From positions 1 through 64,000 of IMG/VR virus record IMGVR_UViG_3300045012_000181: a DNA stretch of 64,000 nt; one strand, written 5' to 3'. Shown piece by piece: positions 7,405 through 17,451 of this stretch. The stretch comes from a virus. Each line of letters starts with the position of its first letter. Position 1 is the first letter of the stretch. The position numbers were made by a program, and so were the translations under genes. The notes below the pieces were generated by a model. It saw only the letters and a program-made list of their open reading frames with translations, searched no databases and was not told where the DNA came from.

Positions 7405-8241
7405 TCAGACCTCCAGCGGATGTGGGCATTTTTCTTGCGAGGTGTCTAGTTTCCCGAGATTCGTGGCCCAACTCAGACCGCCGTATTCCAGAAACGCATT
7501 CCAGCCCTTGGGCCACTTTTTGTCCTGCTCTTGCGCGGCAATGCAAAAGAACTCCTCATCCAGTTCCTTACCGCACTCCGGCAGACCGAAGCCCATGGCT
7601 ATCCCACAGCTCTTGCTCAGACGACCCCAGTTGGGGCACCAGCGCGGCGTACCGCCCACATTCTTGATACTTCGGCCGCCCATGTAGTTGATGTGCCACA
7701 AGGAGCCCAGCGAGCCCTTGGTCAAATCCACGTCGCCCGTGGTGGCCTTCAAATCACGGAATTTGGCGGAGAAGTCAAATTCCACGGCCTTTTTCCGCCC
7801 GGGCACGATTGTGTAGAAGGCATGAATCCACTTGTGGAAGCCATCCTTGGACTCCCAAGCCGGGGCCTTGGGATTGCCCGAAGTGCCGTGCTTGGAGCCC
7901 GGGCCCTTGTAGGATTCCCAGCCGCCCCAAACGCGATTGAGGGCACATCCCGGAACCTGTTTCCAGCCAGCGGCCTTCAGGGCCACGAGCCACTTGCCAT
8001 ACGTGCCCTCCAGGGGATTTCCGGCGAAGTAAATTCCGGGTTTGGCGTCCTCCATCGTGAGCTGGATGCTCTTAACGGCGCCCTCCAGTGTAAGAGCCTG
8101 GGGCATATAACCACTGGCCTGTTTGAGGCCCTCCAGTTCCGAGGGCATGAAAATCTGAGGAGTGAAATAGCGCACGTCGCCCACGCCATCACCCCAAGGG
8201 TACACCACCAGTTTGGTGGGTTCCATGGCCTTTAGAGTCAT
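7405..8241 (-). CDS. hypothetical protein, paralog of 6519-7400
   Basis: Long ORF, tandem similarity to 6519. Confidence 0.65.
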   Translation of the reverse strand: MTLKAMEPTKLVVYPWGDGVGDVRYFTPQIFMPSELEGLKQASGYMPQALTLEGAVKSIQLTMEDAKPGIYFAGNPLEGTYGKWLVALKAAGWKQVPGCALNRVWGGWESYKGPGSKHGTSGNPKAPAWESKDGFHKWIHAFYTIVPGRKKAVEFDFSAKFRDLKATTGDVDLTKGSLGSLWHINYMGGRSIKNVGGTPRWCPNWGRLSKSCGIAMGFGLPECGKELDEEFFCIAAQEQDKKWPKGWNAFLEYGGLSWATNLGKLDTSQEKCPHPLEV

Positions 8242-8426
8242 TTTAATTTTCCTTTCTGTTTGAGCCTTCTGGGAATGGTTTCCGTGCGCCCCGAAAGGCC
8301 TTCGTTGTAAGGACTTCGGTTGACGGCCACAAGATAGTCCTCGGTATTGCCCAGACAGACCGTTACGGTGGCATTGCGCAAATAGACAACTATTTCCTCA
8401 TCGTTGATTTCGATTTGCGCCCGCAC
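8238..8426 (-). CDS. hypothetical protein
   Basis: Packed ORF. Confidence 0.5.
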   Translation of the reverse strand: MRAQIEINDEEIVVYLRNATVTVCLGNTEDYLVAVNRSPYNEGLSGRTETIPRRLKQKGKLK

Positions 8427-8642
8427 TTAATTGAGCCTCCGCAGGGTATAGTCCATCCGGGGTTGGGCCACGTGTCGCAACTGGCCCACTAATACGGTAT
8501 ACTTCCCGCCCCAGCGTTGGTTGGCCCGGAGGGCCTTGCGAACTGCGGCACTACGCGTCCGGGCCATAAAAGAGGCCCAGCTATTATTCGAGCGCTCGGA
8601 CAGTTCCTGACCCGAGCCCTTGCAGACTACGGCTATGTACAT
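8427..8642 (-). CDS. hypothetical protein
   Basis: AAGGAG RBS before ATG at 8642. Confidence 0.5.
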   Translation of the reverse strand: MYIAVVCKGSGQELSERSNNSWASFMARTRSAAVRKALRANQRWGGKYTVLVGQLRHVAQPRMDYTLRRLN

Positions 8643-8804
8643 TTTTTGTTGCTCCTTTTTAGAACCACCAGTTGAAATCTTCGCCCCACAATCGCCTAGC
8701 GCAGCGAGCACAAATACCAGCTTCCGCCGCTATCTTCAACGGTATGGGAAAATCGCAGACGCAAAGGCCTAGGACATATTTTCTGAACAGTTTACGCATG
8801 GCTT

Positions 8805-9809
8805 CTAGCGCTCCAAGGGATTGTCCCGTCGCCAGCGCGGTTTGAAATCACTACTGGGATCGGCCTGAATTTCCTCGAAGCCCCGGCCCTCTATGAATCG
8901 ACTGAGAATCCAGGCATCCACATCTCCCTCGATGTGTTCGTCCAGCCACGCCAGAAAACCTGTCTTAAGGGCCTGTTTGGAGGGCCACTCCACCGTACTG
9001 GGTCGAGCAGCCGCCAGTTTATATGTGGTGAGCGCTGCCAAGGCCTGCCCCGGTTTGTCCAGCCAGCTGGGCGCACACCGATACTCCACGTGCCCGTTGC
9101 ATTCCCGGACGGCATCGCCGCCGTTTTGGTGACCGTATTTATAGGGCTGGTTTAGCGAGAGCTGCAGCCTTCGAGTGTTTTCCTTGTGCGGCAGGATGTC
9201 CAAATTCAGCAGGCCCGTTGTGACGGCGTTCAGGGCCGCTCTTTGCGAGGGATTAAAACCCCCGATTCCAAAATGCACGTGCCCGCCCAGGGTGTCCAGG
9301 TCGTTGTCCTGAACTGCGGGCTGGACCGGGGTCCCATAGACGGCATTCTGTTGCTGTTGTTGCACGTAGGCCTGTTGACCGGCATTGCTGGCCTGCTGGA
9401 GCGTAAGGCCATATTGCGGCTGGTTGAAGTGCGCAATCCAGGCCTGCAGGGTCGTTGGGTTGGCATGGCCCTGATGTTTCTTGGCACCCAGCGCCCCGCT
9501 CTTCCACTTGAACTTCTCAACCTTATCCAATTCCTGTTGCCGCAGGAGCTTCCAGATATTTATGCACACCACGTAGGCACTCGGGCTTGGAGCCGGCCGG
9601 ACCTCCCAAACCCGGCCATTGTGGTCGCTTCCAATGGAGCCCGCGGCCTTGGAGGTATTGACGGCCAACGGACCCGAATTAGGCACCACCACATCCGGCG
9701 GCGTCATGACGGCCCATTCCGGGTCGGCGCCCAGCAACCAAGGATTTACAACGTCCTTGAGATATTTGGAGGGCAGGTTGTGTTCTCTGAGAGGAATTTC
9801 GTCTGACAA
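8805..9809 (-). CDS. phiEco32-like COOH-NH2 ligase type 2 (amidoligase) with Gln-rich insert
   Basis: LGADPEW, GSDHNGRVWEVRPAP, LGGHVHFG, VEYRCAPSW. Confidence 0.85.
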   Translation of the reverse strand: MSDEIPLREHNLPSKYLKDVVNPWLLGADPEWAVMTPPDVVVPNSGPLAVNTSKAAGSIGSDHNGRVWEVRPAPSPSAYVVCINIWKLLRQQELDKVEKFKWKSGALGAKKHQGHANPTTLQAWIAHFNQPQYGLTLQQASNAGQQAYVQQQQQNAVYGTPVQPAVQDNDLDTLGGHVHFGIGGFNPSQRAALNAVTTGLLNLDILPHKENTRRLQLSLNQPYKYGHQNGGDAVRECNGHVEYRCAPSWLDKPGQALAALTTYKLAAARPSTVEWPSKQALKTGFLAWLDEHIEGDVDAWILSRFIEGRGFEEIQADPSSDFKPRWRRDNPLER

Positions 9810-9843
9810 GTTTCACCTCTGGTATTGTTAGAATGCCAAAATT

Positions 9844-10137
9844 CTAGTAAGAATGTCCGCCGGGGTGGTCCAGGGCCCCGTTGCCATCCCAGTTGGATTT
9901 CAGACGGGCCTTGGCCACCTGGCAGTTCTCCAGGATGCACTTCCTGCAACAGCGCACCAGTATGCCCCGCCAGTTGACCCAGCAACAGGGCCTCGTGCCG
10001 TGCTCGTTGCACACCACCTGCGAGCCCGAGAGCTTACTGGGGCCGTTTCGATTCAGGCGCTCAAAGCCAATCTTGACTTCGGGCCAGATGGGCACGAGCT
10101 TGCCATCCTTCTCGACTTTCCAAGCCGTGTTTTTCAT
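9844..10137 (-). CDS. hypothetical protein (Cys-rich)
   Basis: Coupled to the RNA ligase stop. Confidence 0.5.
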   Translation of the reverse strand: MKNTAWKVEKDGKLVPIWPEVKIGFERLNRNGPSKLSGSQVVCNEHGTRPCCWVNWRGILVRCCRKCILENCQVAKARLKSNWDGNGALDHPGGHSY

Positions 10138-11090
10138 TGCGAGGCCTCCGTCGTTGTGGCTTTCTCCAGGGCCTTCTCCAGCAACTTCTGTTTGTAGTAC
10201 TCCGGGAAGCCTCGCAGCACTCCGCGCTCCACATCGTTATAGAACTCCTTCATCAGCCGTTTACTGATGAAATCGTGGTGTTCCATACCGAAGTCCTTCT
10301 TGACTGCACCAATAAGGTAGCCAATATCTTTGGCCTCACCCACCAGCTGGCCTTCATCGCGGGCGTGCTGGATGGCCTTTTCCCAGACGGCCTCTTTGTT
10401 GAAGGTCGCGATTATGCGGTCAATTATGTTGCCTTGCTTCTGCTGGTCCCAGTTGGCCGCGTTCTGTTCCTTGAAGTCATCGGCCACAATCTTGGCCGCG
10501 AGCATCTTGCCGAAGCCATCACAGCGCCCGTAATTCTTTATGACGACGCCCTCTATTCTGGGTCCGCCCAGAAAGCTCTCCCGATTGGCCCAGTTCTCCG
10601 TGTAAAATTTAAGGGCCTCATGCATCGTCAATGTGCCCTCGAAGAGCGTGGGCGCAACCTCCAAGGACCACTTGGCGGCCAGATGGGCCACCTGTCGAGG
10701 CGCCAAGTACATCTCCGAACCGTCCTTCTCGGAAATGTCCCAGATGACCACGTTACCCACCGGGACGCGCTTGTAACTTAGGGTGTTGTGGTGGGGCTTG
10801 TCCAGGCATTCTCCACGAATAACCATGCCTTCGGGAATGGTACCAGTTTGGAAGACCAAATCGGCCGTGCGGACTGCGGCCTTGAACATACCTTCCTGGT
10901 TGCCTCCGTATCCAATCTGCTGGCCCTTGGAGCGGCAGTGCAATTCGCCGTTCAAGTTGCCGAAACTAAACTGCGAACCATCGACCTTCTCTTGAACAAC
11001 GACGGCCCCGGTGAAGAGACCCTGGGCCTGCATGTGCGAGAGTGCCCAAACCTTACTGTAACCGGATAGTTGTGCCACGGTCAGCTCCAA
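10134..11090 (-). CDS. ATP-dependent RNA ligase (Rnl2-like)
   Basis: QEKVDGSQF motif I, RSK, RGE, EGVVIK motif IV, AKIV...FKE motif V. Confidence 0.85.
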   Translation of the reverse strand: MELTVAQLSGYSKVWALSHMQAQGLFTGAVVVQEKVDGSQFSFGNLNGELHCRSKGQQIGYGGNQEGMFKAAVRTADLVFQTGTIPEGMVIRGECLDKPHHNTLSYKRVPVGNVVIWDISEKDGSEMYLAPRQVAHLAAKWSLEVAPTLFEGTLTMHEALKFYTENWANRESFLGGPRIEGVVIKNYGRCDGFGKMLAAKIVADDFKEQNAANWDQQKQGNIIDRIIATFNKEAVWEKAIQHARDEGQLVGEAKDIGYLIGAVKKDFGMEHHDFISKRLMKEFYNDVERGVLRGFPEYYKQKLLEKALEKATTTEASQ

Positions 11091-11914
11091 ATTCCCAAGC
11101 GCAGGCGCGGTTTGGCCTTCTTGTCCGGTTCAACTGCGATTTCGGCCTTGGAGGTCTTATTTGTGGTCTTCTCGGGAGCGTTGTACCAGTCGTCCCCGAC
11201 GGGCTCCAGGCTATCGCGCTTGAATTTCTTTGGAGCAGGGGCTTTTTGCTTCTGAGAGGCCTTGGCCTTATCGAGTTTTGCCACCATGTGCTCATAGAAC
11301 GAGCCGGGAATTGGCGTCGTACTATCAGGCGGTTGGATTTTCCAAGGCGGGGGCGCAGAGGCGTTAAGCAAGACCTCGGTTGCGAATTGCAGGGAGCCCG
11401 CGCCTGCGAGACCCGAACCATACAGCACCTGTGAGGCCCCGGAGGTTATGGCCGGTGCTACTGCTGCAGGGCCCTTGGAGGCCTTCCAGCCCCAACTCCG
11501 GGGATTGCTTAGCGAGTGCTTCCAGCGCCTGTTACGGCTCTCGCGAAAGATCCTCAACTGGCAATAACTCTTGACGTGCTGGGGCAGATTTTCCCATAGC
11601 CATTGCGCCCGGTCCAGCAGGCCCTTGAAGGCCAGTGGGCGTTCGGGCGGCGCAAGGGCAGGCTTCGGACCCAACAGATACTGGCGCTCCGTGCCAAAGG
11701 GTCCGATACGCAGGCCCTTCTTGACGAAGGCCGGTTTACCCAGTCGTATCCACTCATTCTGATCCACCCAGCCCTGTGGTACGGGCGGGGTCGCCGTTCC
11801 AGGCGGGCTATTTTTGGCCAGGGCTTCCATTGCGCGCAGGGCCCGTAGGCCCACATGCGCCGTATGAGGGCCCTCCAGTTCGCAGTGGAACAGAATTCTT
11901 ATCCTATTCGACAC
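11081..11914 (-). CDS. hypothetical protein
   Basis: 277-aa ORF overlapping the ligase start. Confidence 0.6.
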   Translation of the reverse strand: MSNRIRILFHCELEGPHTAHVGLRALRAMEALAKNSPPGTATPPVPQGWVDQNEWIRLGKPAFVKKGLRIGPFGTERQYLLGPKPALAPPERPLAFKGLLDRAQWLWENLPQHVKSYCQLRIFRESRNRRWKHSLSNPRSWGWKASKGPAAVAPAITSGASQVLYGSGLAGAGSLQFATEVLLNASAPPPWKIQPPDSTTPIPGSFYEHMVAKLDKAKASQKQKAPAPKKFKRDSLEPVGDDWYNAPEKTTNKTSKAEIAVEPDKKAKPRLRLGIWS

Positions 11915-12197
11915 CCCAAAGCTCCTTGGTTAGAAATTTGCCACCAAACACGCCTTCAACCCACCAAAGCCCGGACTGGCAGGTGGCCTGAACCTGAAAG
12001 ACTTCAAACCAGTTTCCGCTTAACCGATCGCGTGCGTAGGCCTTCATAAATCACGGTCTCCGATAAGATGCCTACTTCGCCAACGTAGTAAGTGCTTCCG
12101 GCAGAAGAATAAAGTGCACCTGCCAACGCCCTTTATGTAGACGTGATGAACCTTCACACTGGGGTGCCAGCCGCAATCCAGTACACAGCAATGGGGT

Positions 12198-12953
12198 TCA
12201 TTCCCCAACATTCTTGTCACCATTGCGCCGTGGGCAGCCCAGTCTTTGCCAGTTCCGGATTTTCTCGGCCAGCGATTTGAGTCCGGCCCGGTCTGCTGAT
12301 TCGGCGCCAGGAGCTGTATTCAGCTCCAACAAATAAAACGCTCCATCAACGCCCTTGAGCACATCCACCGCTCCGAAGTCCAGTCCCAACACATCGCAGG
12401 CCTTACTGGCAATCTCCCGCAGGCCCTCGGGCACCAGGGCGCTGTTCATGAGCAAGAAGGCATATCCATTCCGGTGATTTGCGCCCACACGATTACGCCG
12501 GAGGGCCTCTTCGGGCCTTACGAGGCGCTTCTGATAGGTGGCCAGATGTCTCCGGCGATAGACCCAACAGCGATATTCCGTGGCCCGGGGAACATAACGC
12601 GTGTAGAAATCCGACTTGCTAAATATCTCGGCCATCTCCGGTTCCATGATAAGTTTGATGTCCGTGCCGCCATGGTGTTTGAAATTTCGTCCAAGGACCG
12701 GGAAGTCTTCAGCTGCACTGGGCAGTTGGGTAAAGAAGGGCACCGTAAGAAGACCCCCGGCCTTGAACTTCTGGAGCTGCTGGAGTTTGTTGGCCAGACT
12801 TGCTCGCGCATTAAGTGTTGGTTCTGCGCCATTGTGGCCCACACCCCAGCAGACTACCCCCGTACGAGAAGCGCCCTGAGCGCTTCCGACGAGTTCCCGC
12901 AGAAGACTGCCAGTCTTCTCGCAGCCCGCGGCGAATTTGAATTGCAAAGACAT
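12198..12953 (-). CDS. ATP-grasp peptide ligase (phiEco32/YheCD-like)
   Basis: EYRCWV, LGLDFGAVDVL, YLLELNTAPG. Confidence 0.88.
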   Translation of the reverse strand: MSLQFKFAAGCEKTGSLLRELVGSAQGASRTGVVCWGVGHNGAEPTLNARASLANKLQQLQKFKAGGLLTVPFFTQLPSAAEDFPVLGRNFKHHGGTDIKLIMEPEMAEIFSKSDFYTRYVPRATEYRCWVYRRRHLATYQKRLVRPEEALRRNRVGANHRNGYAFLLMNSALVPEGLREIASKACDVLGLDFGAVDVLKGVDGAFYLLELNTAPGAESADRAGLKSLAEKIRNWQRLGCPRRNGDKNVGE

Positions 12954-13142
12954 TCTATTCCTCCCCGATATTTAGTATAATTTTTAGCTGACTGGTCAGC
13001 AGAAAGTGTCCCAAACGGCCTGCCCATGTTCTACGGCACTGCCCACAAGGTAGCATACGCCAAGGCATGAAGAGCAAGAAAATATAATCCAGCATCTCAA
13101 GGGCGTTCGAAAAGATACCCAGCAGGCAGATTCTAAGGTGTC

Positions 13143-13373
13143 TCATAGTCGGCAGATGCCATTTCCCGCCCCGCACACCGTACAGCGATAACCGATCTTG
13201 CCGTCCTTGTTGCAGGGGTTATGGACACGCATTCCAGCGCCATAACGCTGGTCCTGAAAGGCGCTCACACAAAGCATGAACTTGCTGCTGTAGATACTTG
13301 GAGACTGGCCCGTTAGGCCAAAGTTCACGTTCCCACCACCACAACGCTTGATTACCTGGTCCAGTTTGGACAC
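13143..13373 (-). CDS. small Zn-binding phage protein
   Basis: QDQRYGAGMRVHN...RCTVCG; GGAGG RBS. Confidence 0.6.
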   Translation of the reverse strand: MSKLDQVIKRCGGGNVNFGLTGQSPSIYSSKFMLCVSAFQDQRYGAGMRVHNPCNKDGKIGYRCTVCGAGNGICRL

Positions 13374-13388
13374 TTAGAACCTCCCTTG

Positions 13389-13589
13389 TCAGTCGTCGCC
13401 CAAGCCAAAATGCATGAACAGAAAAATTAACGACACCAGCCCGATTATTCCACAAATCACCACGGAATGTGTAACGCGCATGAGGCTGATGAAACGCGTA
13501 AGGGCCTCCGTGAGGAAGCCCGTTGATAGCGCCGTCAGGAGGAATGTGCTGGTGCGGTCTTCGCCTCTAGTCACAGGGATGTGCTCCAT
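13389..13589 (-). CDS. small membrane protein
   Basis: Hydrophobic C-terminal segment. Confidence 0.4.
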   Translation of the reverse strand: MEHIPVTRGEDRTSTFLLTALSTGFLTEALTRFISLMRVTHSVVICGIIGLVSLIFLFMHFGLGDD

Positions 13590-14028
13590 GCTCCAAAAAG
13601 TATTTGTTGGCTCGTTTAATGCGGCCCTTCACCCAGAAGCCCCACTTCTGCAATTTGGGCCCCGTAACCAGCAGGCTCCAACAACCGCCCTTGGATACCT
13701 CAACGTAGTGCAGCCACTCCTTGGGACGGAATCGAATGGACCTAACTCTCAGGCGTTCACGCCAAATCGGGCCCACATCCGTATAGGAGCCCTTAAGAAT
13801 ACAAGTCACGAAGGCCCAAGGATGATTGTGGAAGTACCTGCTATCGTCGCTGTGCAACCAGTGATGAAGCCTTACAGAAAACCAAGGCGTCTCTAAATAC
13901 CACCGGCGATTGTAGACGCCCGTGGCGCATCGGAGTTCCTCGGCCCAGCGGATTGCGAATCTGGTACGCGGGGGTGGAGTCGAACCGACCTGCCCCTCAG
14001 TTATCATCTGAGTGCTCTCGCTAACCAT
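13567..14028 (-). CDS. cupin-fold protein
   Basis: VRLHHW...FHNHPW...ILKGSYTD...LHYVE. Confidence 0.75.
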   Translation of the reverse strand: MVSESTQMITEGQVGSTPPPRTRFAIRWAEELRCATGVYNRRWYLETPWFSVRLHHWLHSDDSRYFHNHPWAFVTCILKGSYTDVGPIWRERLRVRSIRFRPKEWLHYVEVSKGGCWSLLVTGPKLQKWGFWVKGRIKRANKYFLEHGAHPCD

Positions 14029-14072
14029 GATTTCTCATAGCGCTCCCGTTGAGCTACCCGCGTATTGAAAAC

Positions 14073-15167
14073 TCAATTAATACTCATAGAGGCATCCGGC
14101 GCCCCGGCCAGATTGGTATTGCAGCTCTCGCAGGCCAATTGGGCAATGCTTGCAAGCTGGCGGTCCTGTGCGCTGAGTTCCACATGCTTGTTGCACTTCA
14201 CATTAGGGCAGATTACGAACTCGAACAGTTGCGGGTCGCTCTCGTCGCCCGTCGCCGCAGCCGCGGCCTGTATGGGCACCAAACTGTTCACACCCGTGAA
14301 GGTCTTTTCCGTACGTGCGGCCATCAGGGCGCGCTCTTTGCGGTCATGGAAGGAGGTGTTCTTGGAATACTTGGTGTACCCGCCATGGCCCTTGCCATTG
14401 CACTTGAACACGTCGTGCTCCTCCAGGCCCTGTGGGCCGATGATCCATCCGGTCTCGTTGGGCATGGCCACGAAAGACAAATCCGGTGCATGCACCTGCA
14501 TGCTGATGTTGTGCAACTTGATCCAGGGCTTGAGGGCCTTGTGCAGGGCCTCTTTGTTTGAGGCGAAGGCAATGGTATCCCTTGTGGCCCCGATTACCAG
14601 GGGATTGCTATCGCGCAATAACAGGAGCTTGCCCGGGCTGTTCCGGTGGATGGCCGCAACGGCGGCCGTGCCCTCTGCGAGCTGCATTTCCCTGATGAGG
14701 CCCTTGTCGATGCAACCATAGTTGTCTATGAGCGCCCGCAGGGCATCGGAATCCGTGGCGCAAGACCTCTGGAAGGCCGGAAGCTTTTTGTTGCTCTCAA
14801 ACAGCCCATCATCATTGCGAATCATGCCGTTGTGCACGACCAGACTGGCGATCGTGGGCTGCGCAAAGAGCGGATGGTTGTTGGCGATGACCAGCGGTGA
14901 GCCCTTGGTGTAGGCCCGCGTGTGACAGAGCATGATGCGCGTGTGCTCCGAGAGATTCTTATCGGCCCACTTGTGGAAATCCTCGGAGGCCGTGGCGACC
15001 CAGGCCGGACTGGCGCTCTTCCAGGCGAAGACCTTGCCATCCGCATTCATCAACGCAAACCCCGTGGCGTCCGTCCCGCGGGTTTGCAATTCGCAGGCCA
15101 TCTCCTGCAGTTGCCACTTTCGAATGGGGCGTTTGCCCAATCTGTAAATTCCGCCGATCCCGCACAT
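14073..15167 (-). CDS. class II (Ntn) glutamine amidotransferase with C-terminal Zn ribbon
   Basis: N-terminal MCGIGG, RGTDATG, CHTRAYTKG, NNHP, VHNGMI, DSDA. Confidence 0.92.
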   Translation of the reverse strand: MCGIGGIYRLGKRPIRKWQLQEMACELQTRGTDATGFALMNADGKVFAWKSASPAWVATASEDFHKWADKNLSEHTRIMLCHTRAYTKGSPLVIANNHPLFAQPTIASLVVHNGMIRNDDGLFESNKKLPAFQRSCATDSDALRALIDNYGCIDKGLIREMQLAEGTAAVAAIHRNSPGKLLLLRDSNPLVIGATRDTIAFASNKEALHKALKPWIKLHNISMQVHAPDLSFVAMPNETGWIIGPQGLEEHDVFKCNGKGHGGYTKYSKNTSFHDRKERALMAARTEKTFTGVNSLVPIQAAAAATGDESDPQLFEFVICPNVKCNKHVELSAQDRQLASIAQLACESCNTNLAGAPDASMSIN

Positions 15168-15170
15168 TAG

Positions 15171-15431
15171 CTATCTCCTTTTTCTTTTGGAATCTTGTCG
15201 GGCCCACCAGCCGTTGACTTCACAGCGATGTTCCAATTTCTGAAGAATTTCTTCATAGAGGCACTCGTTTGCCGGGTAGCCTTCCATGAGTGGGATTAGC
15301 CAATTCAAATCCTCTGCCGAGAATGTTCCCAAATCTTTTTTGGCAAAGGCCCTCTGTAGGCGCTCCAACCTGTCGTTCCTGTCGATTGACTCGCGCCATG
15401 TACTGGACATTTCGCTGGCATAATGACCCAT
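15171..15431 (-). CDS. hypothetical protein
   Basis: Starts MGHYASEM; packed. Confidence 0.6.
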   Translation of the reverse strand: MGHYASEMSSTWRESIDRNDRLERLQRAFAKKDLGTFSAEDLNWLIPLMEGYPANECLYEEILQKLEHRCEVNGWWARQDSKRKRR

Positions 15432-15644
15432 TTAGGACTCCTCCAGAACCCACAAAAGGGCCTCAATCTGGCCCTCCACACTTGAAATCGTATTCCCCAG
15501 AATCCGGCGGCGTTCGGCGTCCGACAGCCCGCCCAGAAGGCGCTTGGTCTCGGAATCCGAATACTTGGCCAACCGGGTCTTCCAGTGCTCCAGGTCGCTC
15601 TGTAATTCGCCCAGGTACTTGCGCAGTTGGGTTTCGCTCTTCAT
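15432..15644 (-). CDS. hypothetical coiled-coil protein
   Basis: GGAGG RBS; packed. Confidence 0.6.
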   Translation of the reverse strand: MKSETQLRKYLGELQSDLEHWKTRLAKYSDSETKRLLGGLSDAERRRILGNTISSVEGQIEALLWVLEES

Positions 15645-15912
15645 ACGCTAGCCCTCCACGGCCGCATAGCGCAGACGAAAGGGCTTCTTGAGTAGTCGTT
15701 TGTGCTTCCGGCACGCCATAAATTGCCAGCCGTGGATTAACCCGGCATCCGCGTATTCGACGGGCTGTTTGCAAGAGCCCTTATAGGGCCAGCCATCCAT
15801 GATACATCGAGATTTGTAGCAACAGCCCTTGGCCGCACGCCCCTTAATAAAACCACCTATGTTTTGCATTTTGGGACCCAGTGGCTCCGATTTTAGTGCG
15901 AGTAAGCGCATG

Positions 15913-17451
15913 TTAGAGGCCGGCCCGCTCCAGAAGTATTTTGGGCCCACTGGGACCCTCCAGAGCCTTGAGCCGGGCCTTCCATAAGTCGTAACTGTTG
16001 TTGCGCACGCCCTCCAAGCTCCAGATGGGCAAGGCACCGCTCTCAACAATGATGGTCCGGGCCTTCAGGAACAGTTCCAGACTGAAATCCTTGGTAGCGC
16101 CCAGTTGGATGTTGCCGGGTTCCGTGCTTATAACCGCGACGCAGCGGGCCTCGGAGAGCTTCTCCAGCAGACCCGAACGCTTGATGGCCTTGGACATATT
16201 CACTGGGAACCTGAAGGCCGCGCCCTTGTGACCACAGTTGGTGAATTGCAGGGGCTGGTTTTTGTGCATAACGAGGCCCATACAAAACTCCCCAAGGCCC
16301 GGTGCCAGTTTGGTGTCCACCTGGCTGATGCAGTGCAAGTAGCCCTCGGGCAATTCAGAGGGCCAGGTAGGTTTCAGCGGGCCCGTTTCCGGTGGTCGGT
16401 CCTCAAACATCGAGCAAGCCAATTCACGCTCTTCGGTGTCTAGAGATGGTACGGTCTCGGGCTGCACCAAGGGCAGACTCTCGACTGCGCCCGTGCGGTC
16501 CAGCGGTCCCCGAGGATATACGCCCCAGGCGCTCTTGAAGTCCATGCCCGAGGCGTGCCCGGGCCAGCCCCGGCGGTTCAAAATGGCAAAGGCCAATCGC
16601 GCATCGTCGTCGAGCGGGCTGTAATACGCCAGGATAAGCCTAAGCTGGCCGCGAGCCTGTTCAGCGCTGAGGCTGGCATCGGCCTCAGACAGAGGCGCCA
16701 CCAAATCCGGAAAGGCAACAACGAGCTTTGCCAATACAAGGTTAAAGTACGCCAGCCAAGGCCCATCAATCCAGCTGGGTAGCGTGCGATATTCGTAGCC
16801 ATGCGGCTGCTTGCGCACATCGCCCAGTGCGCCGTAGGGCTGACCCGCAGGTGCGCCCTGAGCCTGCCGAACACGCAGGCGGCCTTCCTCTTTGTCAAAC
16901 AGGCCAGCCACGAACTGCAAATGCGTAAGTCTATCAAGACAAGCGACCTCTCTTTCACGCAATTTTTCGCGTTTGCGCCCGAAGTGCACATGTCCGCCCA
17001 GGCCATCGCCCTCGTAGTAGCCGCCGGAACGCCAGCTGTAGCCCAGCGTGGGCGGATGGTACAAAACCATCCAGCGCATGGCCAGCCACATCGAGGTTAG
17101 CACCGAAAGGGCACTCCGGCTGGGATGCGGGCGCAGTTCACAAAGGCGGCCGTTGTTGTCCGCACCGAAGGCCGGTCCGGCCTTCAGGCCCAGTGCTCGG
17201 GCATCGCAGCGCTGCAGGCCATCATGGAACACAAACTCCGGATCGGCTCCGAGCATGAAGTGATTGACCAAACGGCCCTCTACGGGCAGCGGACCGTCGG
17301 GCGCCTTATAGAGCCTTCTGTACCAGCGCTCCAGGCGTTGTGGCGGAAGTTGTTGCTGCCATGGCGCGGGAACATCCGAAGCTCGGGTCCAGCCCTTGAG
17401 GAGCGCTTCTCTTAAAAGCTCAGACCTTAATTTTTGCAGCTCTACGCTCAT
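15913..17451 (-). CDS. phiEco32-like COOH-NH2 ligase type 2 with C-terminal extension
   Basis: LGADPEF, GADNNGRLCELRPHP, LGGHVHFG, GYEYRTLPSW. Confidence 0.87.
   Translation of the reverse strand: MSVELQKLRSELLREALLKGWTRASDVPAPWQQQLPPQRLERWYRRLYKAPDGPLPVEGRLVNHFMLGADPEFVFHDGLQRCDARALGLKAGPAFGADNNGRLCELRPHPSRSALSVLTSMWLAMRWMVLYHPPTLGYSWRSGGYYEGDGLGGHVHFGRKREKLREREVACLDRLTHLQFVAGLFDKEEGRLRVRQAQGAPAGQPYGALGDVRKQPHGYEYRTLPSWIDGPWLAYFNLVLAKLVVAFPDLVAPLSEADASLSAEQARGQLRLILAYYSPLDDDARLAFAILNRRGWPGHASGMDFKSAWGVYPRGPLDRTGAVESLPLVQPETVPSLDTEERELACSMFEDRPPETGPLKPTWPSELPEGYLHCISQVDTKLAPGLGEFCMGLVMHKNQPLQFTNCGHKGAAFRFPVNMSKAIKRSGLLEKLSEARCVAVISTEPGNIQLGATKDFSLELFLKARTIIVESGALPIWSLEGVRNNSYDLWKARLKALEGPSGPKILLERAGL

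Noticed and set aside
6954-10781. Long plus-strand ORFs (6954-7667, 7531-8235, 9186-9806, 10137-10781; likewise 14065-14721 and 40063-40623)
   Set aside because: They are antisense shadows of well-supported minus-strand genes, have no motifs, and are expected from G/C-rich third positions.
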